Positions 26,424 to 39,165 of a stretch of 64,000 bases of DNA are shown here, piece after piece. A model generated the notes under the pieces. That model had not been told where the DNA came from and ran no database searches. It saw only the letters and a list, made by a program, of their open reading frames with translations. The DNA comes from Eledone cirrhosa (Eukaryota). The position numbers and the translations under genes are program-made. Numbering within the stretch: position 1 is the first letter of the stretch; every line of letters starts with the position of its first letter. Location of the stretch: assembly GCA_964016885.1 (NCBI GenBank), contig OZ024741.1:390600001-390664000 (forward strand). Reading direction: 5' to 3'.

Positions 26424-26862
26424 TTTCTGAATTAGGCACAAGGCCAACAATTTTGAGGGAGGAGAAAGTTGATTAAATTGCCCTCAGTGTGTTACTAGTA
26501 CTTTATTTTATTAATCCTATAAGAATGAAAGACTAAGCTATCCTTGGCGGGATTTGAAATCAAAACGTAAGGGGACATAACTATGCTGCAAAGCATGTTG
26601 TCTGACATTCCACTAATACTGCTAATCCACCGCCCTCTATGTAATATATATATATATAATGGTTTGTGATTTAGGTACAAGGCCAACAGTTTGGGGGAAG
26701 AAGAAAGTTAATTAAATCTACCTCAGTGCATTACTGGTGCTTTATTTTATCATCCCTATAAGGATGAAAGGCAAAGCTAATCTCCACGAGATTGGAACTA
26801 AGAAGGTAAAGGGCCGTAACTCAATGCTGCAAAGCATGTTGTCTGACACTACCAATACTGCT
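26424..26862 (-). mobile_element. Two tandem family-A SINEs
   Basis: 26424-26635 and 26665-26862 are each the reverse complement of 2044-2232. Confidence 0.8.
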
Positions 26863-26863
26863 A

Positions 26864-28129
26864 TTGTTAACAATTTTGTTTTCTAAACCCCTATACTTAG
26901 CTTTCGTCGACTTGGAGAAAGCCTTCGACAGAGTCCCCCGTTCCATTATCTGGTGGGCCCTTAGAAAACTAGGTGTTGATGAATGGCTTGTGAGAGCTAT
27001 ACAAGCCATGTATAAAGAAACAGTCAGCAAGGTTAGAATTAACAACAAATATAGTGAAGAGTTTAGTGTAAAAGTTGGTGTTCATCAGGGCTCTGTTCTT
27101 AGCCCCCTACTATTTATTATTGCCCTCCAGGCTATAACAGTGGAGTTCAAGACCGGCTGCCCATGGGAACTCCTATACGCAGATGATCTAACGCTCATAG
27201 CTGAAACAATGGCCGAGCTAGAGAAGAAATTCCAAACATGGAAGCACGGCCTAGAATCAAAAGGCCTTAAAATTAACCTGGCTAAGACTAAAGTTCTAGT
27301 TTGTAAGAAAGAAAATAAGGCGGCGGTCCCCTCCGGGAAGTGGCCATGCTCAGAGTGTAGGAAAGGCGTAGGTAGAAACTCCATTTTGTGTCCCAAATGC
27401 AAAGTTTGGGTGCATAAAAGATGTAGTGGGATCACAGGTAAGCTAACTAAGAACATAGATTTTACATGTGGCCCGTGTTCTGGGGCAATAAGTAGCAGCA
27501 AGTGCCCACAAAATACTAGCTCTTTCAACTGCGCAGAGGGTTCTATAGAAATAGTGGACAGCTTCCGTTACCTGGGTGACAAAATCAGCAGTGGGGGAGG
27601 GTGCTCTGAAAGTACTGTAGCTAGAGTCAGAACTGGATGGAAAAAGTTCAGAGAGCTCATACCACTATTAGCTGCTAAAGGGTTCTCCCTAAAAATGAAA
27701 GGCAGGTTGTACGATGCCTGCATACGAACAGCAATGTTGCATGGCAGTGAGACCTGGGCATTGTGTGCAGAGGATATATGCAGACTAGAGAGAAACGAAG
27801 CTTGCATGCTCCGCTGGATGTGTAATAGTAATATACGTGAACGGCAAAGCATAAACGAACTAAGGAAAAAATTAGAAATAAGAGGGATCAGATGTTTACT
27901 CGAGAGAAGGCTACGTTGGTATGTTCACGTGATGCGCATGAAGGACGATAGCTGTATAACAAAGTGCAGGGCAATAAAGATAGACGGTAGCCACGGAATA
28001 GGCAGACCCAGAAAAACCTGGGACGAGCTGATAAATTCCGACCTCACACACTTACACCTCTTCAAGACAATGTCACTGGACCGAGACCTTTGGCGGTACT
28101 CAGTAATAGAGAAGACCCGCCTTACCTAA
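26864..28129 (+). CDS. RTE-clade LINE ORF2 C-terminal part: RT with embedded C4HC3 PHD finger (5'-truncated)
   Basis: FVDLEKAFDRV, GVHQGSVLSPLLF, LLYADDL, then CSEC-x10-CPKC-x4-H-x2-C-x14-CGPC, then VDSFRYLG, RRLRWYVHV, GRPRKTW; 421 codons open. Confidence 0.9.
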   Translation: MLTILFSKPLYLAFVDLEKAFDRVPRSIIWWALRKLGVDEWLVRAIQAMYKETVSKVRINNKYSEEFSVKVGVHQGSVLSPLLFIIALQAITVEFKTGCPWELLYADDLTLIAETMAELEKKFQTWKHGLESKGLKINLAKTKVLVCKKENKAAVPSGKWPCSECRKGVGRNSILCPKCKVWVHKRCSGITGKLTKNIDFTCGPCSGAISSSKCPQNTSSFNCAEGSIEIVDSFRYLGDKISSGGGCSESTVARVRTGWKKFRELIPLLAAKGFSLKMKGRLYDACIRTAMLHGSETWALCAEDICRLERNEACMLRWMCNSNIRERQSINELRKKLEIRGIRCLLERRLRWYVHVMRMKDDSCITKCRAIKIDGSHGIGRPRKTWDELINSDLTHLHLFKTMSLDRDLWRYSVIEKTRLT

Positions 28130-28516
28130 ATACAAAGTAAAACCTACTACAGTCAGTAGGCACCTCTAACAAAATACACCCCCGTCCCACCACCCCCACC
28201 CCATCCACACCACCCCTTTCAATGTAAAATTATGTTGGTGCCACAACATCCAGGCCGAAACAAATGAGATAGTGTAGGTGTCACGTCAAAAAAACACACA
28301 GTCCACGCTGTAATGTGGCCGTGTAGGCAACACGGTAAAAACCTCCCAGACCCACACTGTAAATGTGGTTGGTGTTAGGAAGGGCATCCAGCTGTAGAAA
28401 ACCCGCCAGACAGTCCTATGCGAGCAAGATAACCACTCTTGCCTCAAGTGGGAAAACCCTCCGTCCAAACCCATGCAAGCGTGGAACACGGATGTTAAAC
28501 GATGATGATGATGATG
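28130..28516 (+). mobile_element. 3' UTR/tail of the PHD-RTE copy: C-rich tract, ~45-bp repeats, SINE-shared tail, (GAT)n
   Basis: GGTGTTAGGAAGGGCATCCAGCTGTAGAAA and CCCATGCAAGCGTGGAACACGGATGTTAAAC(GAT)n. Confidence 0.75.
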
Positions 28517-30504
28517 TCATCACAAGGCAATTGCAACACAGTTTAAAACATACTGAATTAAATTATACCGATTAATTTACAATATTCAACAAATAGGCAG
28601 AGGCATGGTTATGTGGTTCTCAGTACAGTCTTACTGCATAGCACCTTAAGCAAGTGTCTTGGATTAACCAATGCCTTGTGAGGGGAAATTGGAAGGCAGA
28701 AACTGTAGCAGCCCTCCTACTCATAACCCTTTTAAATCCCACTATACACGTTACACATCCATGACAGCATCCTTATCCTTCTTACCTTCCCCCTATATCT
28801 CACCTCAGAGCATAGAGAAGTCCCTTCAATCAAGTCAATAACCAACAATCTCTAGTACTGGAGCCATGAAAAATGCACTCAGTACACCCTGTAAAGTGAT
28901 TGATGATAGGAAGGGTATCCAGCTGTAGAAACCATGCCCTGCCCCACTAAAAAAGTTAAGAAAACTCTTCAGCTGTGTCAAATGTGTGAAAACCTCACAA
29001 GTGTTTGTGACATGATAAATGCCCTCAATACACTCAGTAAAGTGGTTGGTGATAGCATTGGTATCCAAATATAAAAAACTTGCCAAACAAAAGATCAGGA
29101 GAACACAGTTGTGACAAAGACCATCTAAGATGGTCAGTAGCATCGATTGAGTGCTGTCTTTGTTGGTGACAACCAATCCAACCATTGCTAGCAGGCAAAA
29201 CAGACATTAAATGATGATGATGATGTGTGTGTATCCATATCTATGTTTACATCTGTGTCTCCCATCACATAGCAGTTCAACAAAAAAAAGGGATTGATAA
29301 AATAAGTATGAAAAAATAAGCTCAACTAAATCAAGGTGGTGCCACACCATGGCCACAGTCTAATAAATAAAACCAGTAAAAGAAAAGAATAAACAGCAGA
29401 GAGTAAGTAATTGATGCCTGACCAAAATGGAGATAAAAGAAAAACAATAGTCACCAATAAAACCTTCAGGTATCCTCAAAGGAGATGTTGAAAGCGGTTG
29501 AACCTTCATGTTCAAGAGAGTTGAAGTAAGTAATCCGTCCAGGATTGTTGGAAGAGGCTAAAGCTCAAGTAAGGAAAAATGTAACAGAATTGAAAGTAGC
29601 CAAGATGTTGCCAAACCAACAATATACTACTGTACACACCAAATGAAAAGCCAAGTGAAATTAATGGCTATGATGATCAGGGATACTGAGAACAATCAGT
29701 TGATCCATATGGCCTCTTTCAATAATTGATTTGAGCCAAATCACCAGCTAAGTCTCTTTATTTCTAGCAATGTAATCCATAGTAATAAAATAAATCAGAG
29801 AGATTATGGATGAATGGGTGGTTGATGTGTGTGTGGTTATGGAATGAATTCTGAAATGCTGACAGTAACCTACTTTATACTGAAGTGAAAACAGAGCAAC
29901 AGTAAAGAAATTGATAGTAATAAGGAAGAAGTCCAGTTTGTAAGATTGAGAGTTTGCATAGCACATACATAATTAAGTGAAAAGGAGTCTAACTTTTTAT
30001 TTATGATACTCTATACTATGTATATATATTTACAGACACCATGTGACATTAAAGCGCAACATTGTTATATATTATAGAGATTTCTGAATATATATATTAT
30101 TCATAATCTATAACAATGGGAATAATTACATAAACATTCACATGCACACACACCACACAAGTTATTGCGATTTTCAGCTTATTCACATAGCTGCTGCCCT
30201 GAGGTTATAAATATAAAGACCTACACTTATGTACTAAATCAATAGAGAACTTAGCAATCTTAACTTTAGTGTTACTTGCCATATTACATAATTTCCCTAT
30301 TTCATAAATAGAAATATAAAATATAAAAATCTTAACTTATAAATTAATCCCCAAATTACCTATTTAATATTAGGGATTTAATAAAACTGATTAAATCCCC
30401 TAATGTAACAATAGTTATTACTAAAGCCAAAATTACAGACATTTTTTTCTTTTAATTCTTTTATGACCATATTCCTAATAAAATACATTGTCTATGCATT
30501 TCAG

Positions 30505-30850
30505 TTCTTCTTTGCCCACTTATTCCTAAAAAGGTTGTGGGGGAAGAGTCTTAAAACACACCTTCCAGTGGAGCAGCTGTCTCCAATTGGTCTGGTAGGA
30601 TCCCCAAGCAAGACCAGCCAAGCTCATGGATGTTATCCAACCATCCTGCTCAGGGTCAACCCGTGGGTCTCCTTTTACCCATAAAAATCTGGCAGGCGAT
30701 TCTTTCCTACGACATTCTAACCACCTATCTATAGCTCTCAATTTGGAGAAGTAGCAGCTGTACTGGTGCGACTCTATAACATTACTCCAAAGACCCTTTG
30801 GAGGAACCCCATTTCAGTCACTTGTATTCATGATCATATTCTTTTGGTCA
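30505..30850 (-). mobile_element. RTE LINE 3' fragment
   Basis: Similar to 16907-17325. Confidence 0.75.
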
Positions 30851-30879
30851 TTCCAGTTCACTCCACCTTTCATCCACAT

Positions 30880-31385
30880 CATAACACTAACTCTTCATCC
30901 ATGTCCCTCCCTCCCCCTCCATGCACCTCCCACATCCTAATACTCCACACATGTCCTAACACCCCACCCTTTCATCCATATCCCTACACACCACCCTTCA
31001 CCAGATAAGTACCCCACTCTAAATCTATTTCACCAATCCCCACATACCTCCCCTACCCCAGCCCCCAGTCCACACTGTAAAGTGGTTATTTTGGTACCAC
31101 AACAAAAAGGACCCAGTCCACACCGTAAAGTGGTTGTGCAGGTATCATGATAAAAAGCACCCTATCCACACTGTAAGGTGGTCATGTAGGTGTCATGACA
31201 AAAAGCACCCAGTCCATACTGTAAATGTGGTTGGTGTTTGGAAGGGCATCCAGCGATAGAAACCAAGCCAGAAACACTTCTGTATAAGCAAGACAAGGTC
31301 ATCTGATCTAGCTTGTCTCTCAATGTGACAATTCACCTAACCTTTGTTAGCATGAAAAAATGGACGTTAAACAGTGATGATGAAG
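30880..31385 (+). mobile_element. C-rich UTR with four ~45-bp repeats and SINE/LINE tail
   Basis: CCCAGTCCACACTGTAAAGTGG unit x4; same architecture as 28130-28516. Confidence 0.7.
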
Positions 31386-32704
31386 AAAGCATATACAATA
31401 TGTTTATGTATGATAAACATAATAAACAGTCTCACTATGAATATTTTAAGCTGTGATCAGCAGCCATGCGAGAACGTCAGATACATGTTTCTGGATTTTT
31501 ATCAGTCATCAGTGTCATTTACTTACATGGTACTGAGACAAGAATAAGCTATAGCTTATATACCTTTTTGCATATGAAACATCAGCTGGTGATGCTCATT
31601 TGCATTTACTGTGAACTTGACCAGCTAGAATTAATTAACAGTAGCACTAACACAGTGTGGTTCATAATTGAAGTGTACAGGAAGGCATATATGTAGCAGT
31701 AATTTGATACTCTCTTCAATAGAATTTCATGCACTCAATCAAGTGGCCACCAAAAAGTTAACCTTCCATGGCCTCATTGATAAGTTTCTATTGTAATCGT
31801 TTTTTTTTGGTGTCATTGGGTCTACGATTTTGACATGGAAACCAACATCATATTCTCAGTTCTGGAGACAGAATGAGCTATACAGATAAATAGCCAGTTT
31901 GCAGAGTCAAAGCAAGGAGGTGCAAAGTTAACATCGAGCAGTTAAGATGTAGTAAAAAAAAATCTTACAGACCCCTGAGGGTGGGTGGGTCGGTCTCTCT
32001 CTCTCCTCTTCTCCTTCACTACCAGGCAAATGACCATCATCTCATTACAGAAGTACAGTAAATACCATCTTTTGAATCATTGTACACATGCATATATCAC
32101 AACTTAAGCCTTGATTTCATTACATTGTCGACAATAGCCTCGTAGCACACTATTAATTTAACATATTTTAGTAGCTATCATGTTTTATTTGTTCATTCAT
32201 CAACCTTTCACACAGCCCTTATATATGGGACAATTTACCTTATTCATGATCACCCATCAAGCCACCAACACACATTACTACCTCTTCCACGTTCAAATGA
32301 ACAACATCACACTCAAACCAATTCTTTCTATCGCTACACAACCAAAAATCCATTTCGCTACATATACACCTCAATCTCGCTCTGATGTATAATCCATTCA
32401 TCAAACTGAAAGAAGGGTGTACAGAAAATGTATGTTTTTACACAAGCTCTAGGCATTCACTCTTCATCCTTAAATGCCTATATATGTATATTATATTAAA
32501 CAACCTGCAATCTCTCTCTCTCTCGCACACACATTCATTATTTAATTCAGAGTAAGTTTGGCATTCCAAGGATGACAAACAAACATAGATTTACATGCTA
32601 TAAATTATATTAATAAATTGTTTCAGTTCAGTTACATCAGTATAACGTGCACAAATCTTAATATACTGTATTACATCTTTATTTTCATATCAGAGAACGG
32701 TGCA

Positions 32705-32775
32705 TGTAGCTGGACTTGAACCCACTATAATCAGTTAACAAAATACAGTAACAGTCCCATTGAGCTGTGGATTCT
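32705..32775 (-). pseudogene. Degenerate tRNA-like sequence or SINE head
   Basis: Minus strand CAGCTCAATGG (A box) and GGGTTCAAGTCC (B box) at tRNA-like spacing; no clean cloverleaf. Confidence 0.3.
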
Positions 32776-33061
32776 AAAAAATATATATCTGTTACATGTA
32801 CATAATAATTTAAATTAACTTCCATGATTAACTTCCATAATAATTTAAATTAACTTCCATGATAAGTAGTTAGACAATGCATAAACAGTATATTTTATTT
32901 GGAATATGATCGTGGATAATATGGTATCTATAATCACAATATGATTGTGGATTATGTGGTATCTATAATAGATTGTCTCCGGTGCTGTTCCATAATTTAT
33001 CTGTCATGCAAGTAATATAAACTGTTTGTGTATAATAGAATATAACTGATTTCATTCCATA

Positions 33062-33238
33062 GTTATTAGTATTGCCTACATTGACAGTAGTAAAACAATA
33101 ATCTATATAAGTCACATTTTGAATCTTAAAATTTTCAAAGATGTCCATCTTTCTGTTTTAGTGTTTCCTCAGCCGACAATCACTTGTATGTGTATGTTGT
33201 TCCTTTGCCCCTTTCTCTCTATCCTTTTCCCCCTCCCC
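33062..33238 (+). repeat. Left arm of ~180-bp inverted repeat
   Basis: Reverse-complement match to ~36440-36625 (ATTAGTATTGCCT..ATTGACAGTAGTAAAACAATA, GTCACATTTTGAAT, GATGTCCATCTTT, GTTGTTCCTTTG). Confidence 0.85.
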
Positions 33239-33299
33239 ATGTGTGTGCATGTGTGTTTCCTGGGTATGACATTGATCTGCATCCAGTGGCAAGGCTCCA

Positions 33300-36200
33300 T
33301 TTTGTGAGTCCAGGAGCTGTGGGGAATGTGGAGTTACTCCTTAATTGTTGTCACTCCCAGGTCTGCTCTGGCCTGGAGCAGTGGTACCCGTTAGGGCCCC
33401 ATTTATGGGTTAAATAATTACCATACTCATGTGGCACCGGTAAGGTATTATCAGCCATTGAAAAGAACCATGGTGAGTATAATTAAGAGCACTAGGGTTA
33501 GAACCCCTAACTACACTGTCAAGGAGCAGTCAGGCCGTTTTGACTCTGCTGGTTTAGAGGCGCAGGGAGAGTTATGGATGGTGTATTATTTCTGATTCAC
33601 AACATAAAAATATAAAGAACTCAGTTTTGTCTTGCAGAAGAGCCATTAAAATCTGCGGCACTCTAAATGTGAGGACTGCTTGGACATTGAGTCATCTGTT
33701 CGAGGAGAGTGGTATGCAAATCCTTGCGATCAAAGAACACAGGATCCTACATAATGAACCCGAGAAGAGAATGATAATTGGAGAGAGGAACCAGCTCATC
33801 ACCACATCGCTGTGAAGGACACAACTAATGCTGCAATAGGAAGAATTGGTTTTGTGTTAAGTACAGGAACCAACCTATTAGTGAGGAAGATCATACCTGT
33901 CTCCGGGCAAATTTTGAGAATGACCTTCAATGGAAACCCAAGGCTGACAATCATCTCAGCCTATAGTTCAACTGAGGGGGACAATGATGAAAGTGCAGAG
34001 GAGTTCCACGAGAAAGTGTATAGAGCTGCCAACACGACATGAGCTCATAACATCCTGCTTGTTCTGGGTGACTTCAATGCTCATCTGAGTAAGGAGAGCA
34101 GTGAAGATGCTTGCTGTTACTTCCATGACCTACCGAGACTACTGAATGCGAACCTGATGGTAACCAACCTAAGGTTTAAGAAGAATCCAGAGAAGATGTG
34201 GAGCTACATCTCTGATAAGCACCTGACCAAGTTCCAGGCTGATTTCATTCTGGTGAGAAGGAAGTGGTGGAATAGTATTCTGAACACTGAATCCTACAGT
34301 TATTTCAGTACACTAGGCAGTGACCACTGGTTTGTTATGAGTGAGGTCTGGATGAGTTTAAGAAAGAGTAAGTCTAAGCCCCAGAGAGCTATCTATGACT
34401 GGAGAGCTTTCAAAAAAGATAAGCTACAGGAGAGATACATAGTAGAAGTGAGGAACAGGTTCAGTGCTCTATGTGGAGAAGCAGAGGGGAGAGAGAGAGA
34501 TAGGGGGACTGAGGAGAGTGTGATGAGGAGTTACGGGTACTTCACCACTGCAGTGGCAGAAGCAAGTGAGGCCCTGGTGACAAGGACAGAGAGGAAGAGG
34601 AGGGACTACAGCTCTGCAGACCCAAAAGTGTGTGCAGCCAGAGAAAACATGAGAGCTGCTAAGAGCCAATTCTATGCTGATCCTACAGAGAAGAGGAAGG
34701 AGAATGAATGTGGAAATGAGGAAGGAAGAACTCTGTGCCACTTACACAGAGGCCAGGGAGGAGATGCTGATGGAGAAGATCAGAAGTGTGGAGAGAGTGG
34801 TTGACAGGTGTAAGTGTAAAGAGAGCTCGACGATCATGAACGAGATCATAGGGAGGAAGAAAGGGAGTTCGAGTCAGATCCAGGGAACAGGGCCCGGGGA
34901 TAGGAAGGGGAAATGGCTGGACCATTTTAAGACCCTACTAGGAGAGCCACCCTCCACAGCCCAGAACACTGGGAAGATCAGACAGCTGTTTCAGGAACTG
35001 GATATTGAGACAGAACCCTTTGCCAGAGAGGTGCTTCAGAGTGCCAAGGAGAAGATCAAGGAGGGTAAGGCCCATGGAGAATGGAGTGACATCAGAGGTG
35101 ATGAAGAGGAGTGATTTTGATGATTTCATCCTGGAGTTCTGTAACCATGTACTGGAGAAAAGAGTTTCCCCGAATCAGAGGAGGATCAGTAACATTGTCC
35201 CAGTACCAAAGAAGAGAGATCTCACTGACGTCACTTGTGGCAAAGACCCTCAACAAGATGATTCTTAACAGGATCCAGCCTGAGATGGAGAAGAAGCTCA
35301 GAGACAACCAGAATGGCTTCAGAGAGGGAAGATCAACCACTGGTCACATCCTGATGCTGAGGAGTACTTTAGAGGGAGCTGGAGCAAAGAGTCTTCCTGC
35401 TGTCATGGTTTTCATTGACTTTATGAAGGCCTTTGATTCTGTGGACCGTCACTGCCAGATGAAGATCTTACAGGCTTATAGAATCCCCAAGAAGATAATG
35501 GACCTGGTATCACTGCTCTATACCAACACCAGAGCCCAAGTCATTACACATGATGGGATGACAGACTTCTTTTAAATACTGGATGGAGTGCTCCAAGGCA
35601 AGACATTGGTTCCCTACCTTTTCATCATCACAGTGGACTATTGTTTGCGCCTTGCATCGGAGAAACAACAGGACTCGGGCTTTTCTGTAACACTAGCTCT
35701 GAGTAAGAAAGTTAAGGCTAAAAAAATATCAGATGCTCAATTTGCTGATGACATAACTCTGGTTGAGGAGGCAGAGGAGTTGATACGAGAGGTGGAGACT
35801 GTGTCTATAAGTGTAGGGCTGAGAATGAATGAAAGTAAGAAAGTATCTGGTAGAGAACATCAAGGGGCCAGAGAAGATTATGAATGTGGGCTGATTGAGG
35901 ACTTCCTGTATCTGGGAGCAAAGATTGGGAACACGGAGAATGAGGTGATAGAGAGGAAGAGCAAAGCCTGGGTGGTGTGTCACAGTTTGATTGGTGTGGA
36001 AGTTAGACCTTTGATCCTTCTCTTCATCGCTACACTGGAGTCTGTGCTGCTGTATGAGTGAGACTTGAACACTGACCAAGAGAGTCACTCTGATGGTGGA
36101 TGGGTGTTACACAAGGATGCTGAGGATGGTTCTGAACATTAATCAGTATGCACTGAGGATGAAGAACTCAGAGCTGTACAGGAGCCTCCCAAAAATCAGC

Positions 36201-36400
36201 TCGAAAGTGACACAGAGGAGACTGAAGTTAGCTGGACATGCTCACCGACATTCAGAGTTGACACTGTACTCGGTGGTGGTGGTCCTGTGGGAGCCCTAAC
36301 ATGGACACACTGGTCTCTGGGAGATGCAGGACATAGCGGTGTGATGATGAAGGACAGAGACTACTAGAGAGAACTTGTCCATGGATCTCGGTAATTTTAC
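33300..36400 (+). mobile_element. Near full-length degenerate RTE-group LINE (EN and RT)
   Basis: GTLNVRT, FNGNPRLTIISAYS, LGDFNAH, LGSDH (APE); NQNGFREGRST, FIDFMKAFDSV, LQGKTLVPYLF, QFADDI, RRLKLAGH, LWEP; many frameshifts. Confidence 0.9.
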
Positions 36401-36439
36401 ACGCCCTCTATAGAGAGAGAGAGAGAGAAGTGGGGGGAG

Positions 36440-36625
36440 ATAGAGAGAAGGGGAACAAAAGAAGGGAGATAGAGAGAGAAAGGGACAAAGGAACAACACA
36501 CACAACAATAAAATGTAAAGATGGACATCATCATCATCGTAGATTTTAACATTCAAAATGTGACATATTTCTTTTACATAGGTATATTGTTTTACTACTG
36601 TCAATACAGGCAATACTAATATAAC
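36440..36625 (-). repeat. Right arm of ~180-bp inverted repeat
   Basis: See 33062-33238. Confidence 0.85.
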
Positions 36626-37487
36626 CCAACCTCTGCACCCCAGCCCTCCTCCTCTATCTCTCCCATTTTTTACCCCTCTCTCTTTATCTCTCCCATTCTT
36701 TGCTCCTTCTCTCTCTCTCTCCCCCCCCCCCCTTTATATCTCCCATTGTTTCTCTCTCCCATTCTTCACCTGCCACCCCACTCAGTATATATACTCATCT
36801 TTCAACCCGTTAATTCTCTTTTCTCTCTTTCTTTTCCCTGCTGTCAAATTTGACATCAAACTAACAAACCAGCACAAATTGGATATTATATAATAGAGAT
36901 TCTTTTTATTCCATATTAATTGTCCAATGATTGTTTCAGACTTAACGTATTCTTCACATTCTGACATTAAAAAGCACAAAGCTTAACTTCATTTCATGTA
37001 AGGTCTGGAAGCACATTAAAAGATTGTATTGCCAAGATGGAATACAAGTGAATCAAAAGATTTCATCTTTAGTAGTTAACAGTATTTTTTTTTTTTTTAG
37101 GGAGGAGAAGGGGGAGAGCGGGTTAATAAGCCACTCCAGGTAGAGCTGCTACTTCTCTGATACTACGGGCATGTGGTTAGAATGTCTATGGAAAGAATCA
37201 CTGCTCAGACTGTATGGACAAAAGCAACCAGCAGTAGACCCAGGGTAGACCCTAAGCAAGATGGTTGGATAACAAAGGAGCAGAGCAGAAAATTTATAAA
37301 GCAACTGAAGGAACTTGTAAGCCATAAATAAAATTTAGAAAGACTTTAAAAATAAAATATCAACTATAATACGCCATGTGTATATTTATTCAAATATATA
37401 ACTATCAAGAACTATTTAAAATTTACACACACAAACATGCAATGCATTTTCTATCAGAGTCATGTTGCTACAATAAAAAATTTACTT

Positions 37488-37812
37488 GTAAATAGTTATT
37501 TCCCTAAAGTTGCTCATACATTTAATTCTGTCATTTGTACATGTGCTGAACATTTATGTAATTATATTTCAGAAATATATTATCAAAATATCCTTCTTAT
37601 CTTTAATCACTTCTAAATGTCAGTAATCAATATAAACTGCAGGGTTTCTCTTATGCAAACCCTTAATTTAACAAAGCGCAAATTTATATGATTGTTCTTA
37701 TATCAGGTAATCCTAGTATATATGGCATACTAATCCTGAACTCCAAAATTATTTACATTCAATGCTACAGTCATCATTATTAATGGCATGGATCCACTAA
37801 TCTGTATATAGT
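37488..37812 (+). repeat. Old ~320-bp dispersed repeat, copy 2
   Basis: See 6768-7090. Confidence 0.7.
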
Positions 37813-37977
37813 AAATAAATGCTAAGTTAGCAGACTGAGGGAACAATTAGTAAAAAAAAAAATAATATAAATGGATTCTTATTGCTTTTTTGTTTCACCT
37901 TTTTTATTAATCCTTTCCCTACTCTATTTCTCAGTAAAGACACTACTATATACTATTTACTATCAGAATTTTATTAC

Positions 37978-39105
37978 TAGGGCAATTCTTTTTAGATCTC
38001 AAAATTTTTAGTTTTTAGACCTTTTTTAGAAATTAAAAAGGTTTTTTAGACTTTATATAGACCTAAATATATTATAAATTTTTAACTCAAGATCTTTATT
38101 ATTCATTAAAAAAAACATCAAACGAGAAAATCAAAACTAGTATAAAATTTCACATTCTCAGGAGAAAACAAAACTGTCTTCACTAGCTGATGTAGGTTGA
38201 CACTTAAATAATAGACTGTAGTCCATGGGAGATATTGATGAGTTTTCCATTCGGCAAATTCATTCACGATTGTTTTCCTGCAATCTAGATTTCCGATACT
38301 TTTTTATTTGGTATGGATCTAGGGCAAAATTCGAATTAGTGAGACTTTAAATGTTTCCTCAATTGAATATATGAACTCTCCAGTTTTTTTTTTATCTAAT
38401 CCTTCAGTGGCAAATAGTATCGTACTATCTGTGTCAAACTCGCTTCAGTTGTTGTTGAATTGACACAACGTTTGGCTTTTTTCACAAGAATTCTTCCTTC
38501 ATCGATTCCATTAATTATCTCAAACACAGGGTAAATTCTTGGCATAATTTTCAGCTGCTTCGATCCAACTGCCCCATCGAGTGACTATTGGTTCAGGAAA
38601 TATATTTGAAAAGGGTATTTCTAGTGCAATTTTTGACAGTTGAAGCTTTTACAGACGCAATGAGATCGCCCACGTCTTCATAGAAAGCTTCGACTCTCAG
38701 GGCACAATTACGAAGCAGATGTGCAACACATGTCATGAAAACAATTAGGATAAAGCATTCTATTGTTGGCAAATTCATCCTAGATTACTATTCTATGCAA
38801 CTAAGTTGGATGTTTTATTTCACAAGACACTTCATTGTTCTATTGGAAAAGGTAAGAAATATTTTCCATAATTCGTATTTCTCTGAATTGAGAGATCACA
38901 ACTCCGATAGTAAGGGCATGTGGTTAGAATGTCCCAGGAAAGAATCGCTGAACTGATTTTACAAGCAAAACTGTTGTTTGTTTTTTTTATTTGTTTTCTT
39001 TCTCTAGGACAATTATCAATGACAATTATCAATGTTTTAAATAAAATTTTATTCGAGATTTTATATTAAAAATTTTTTAGACTTTATTTTGACTTTATTG
39101 TCCTA
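37978..39105 (-). mobile_element. Internally deleted hAT-superfamily transposon with transposase remnant
   Basis: TIR TAGGGCAAT/ATTGTCCTA; 8-bp TSD TTTATTAC (37970-37977) vs GTTATTAC (39106-39113); minus-strand TCVAHLLRNCA and PIVTRWGSWIEAA hAT motifs; small RTE fragment nested at ~38890-38970. Confidence 0.8.
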
Positions 39106-39165
39106 GTTATTACATAATAGCTATTACCATACTGTAAATTTAGAAGGATTAATTATTCTACTTAA

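Noticed and set aside
29400-29990. Possible very old CR1/Jockey-like LINE fragment on minus (KLDFFL)
   Set aside because: Too degenerate to support beyond a single short motif
31564-31624. Possible minus-strand exon LVKFTVNANEHHQLMFHMQK
   Set aside because: Weak donor (gtatat) and acceptor; no recognisable homology
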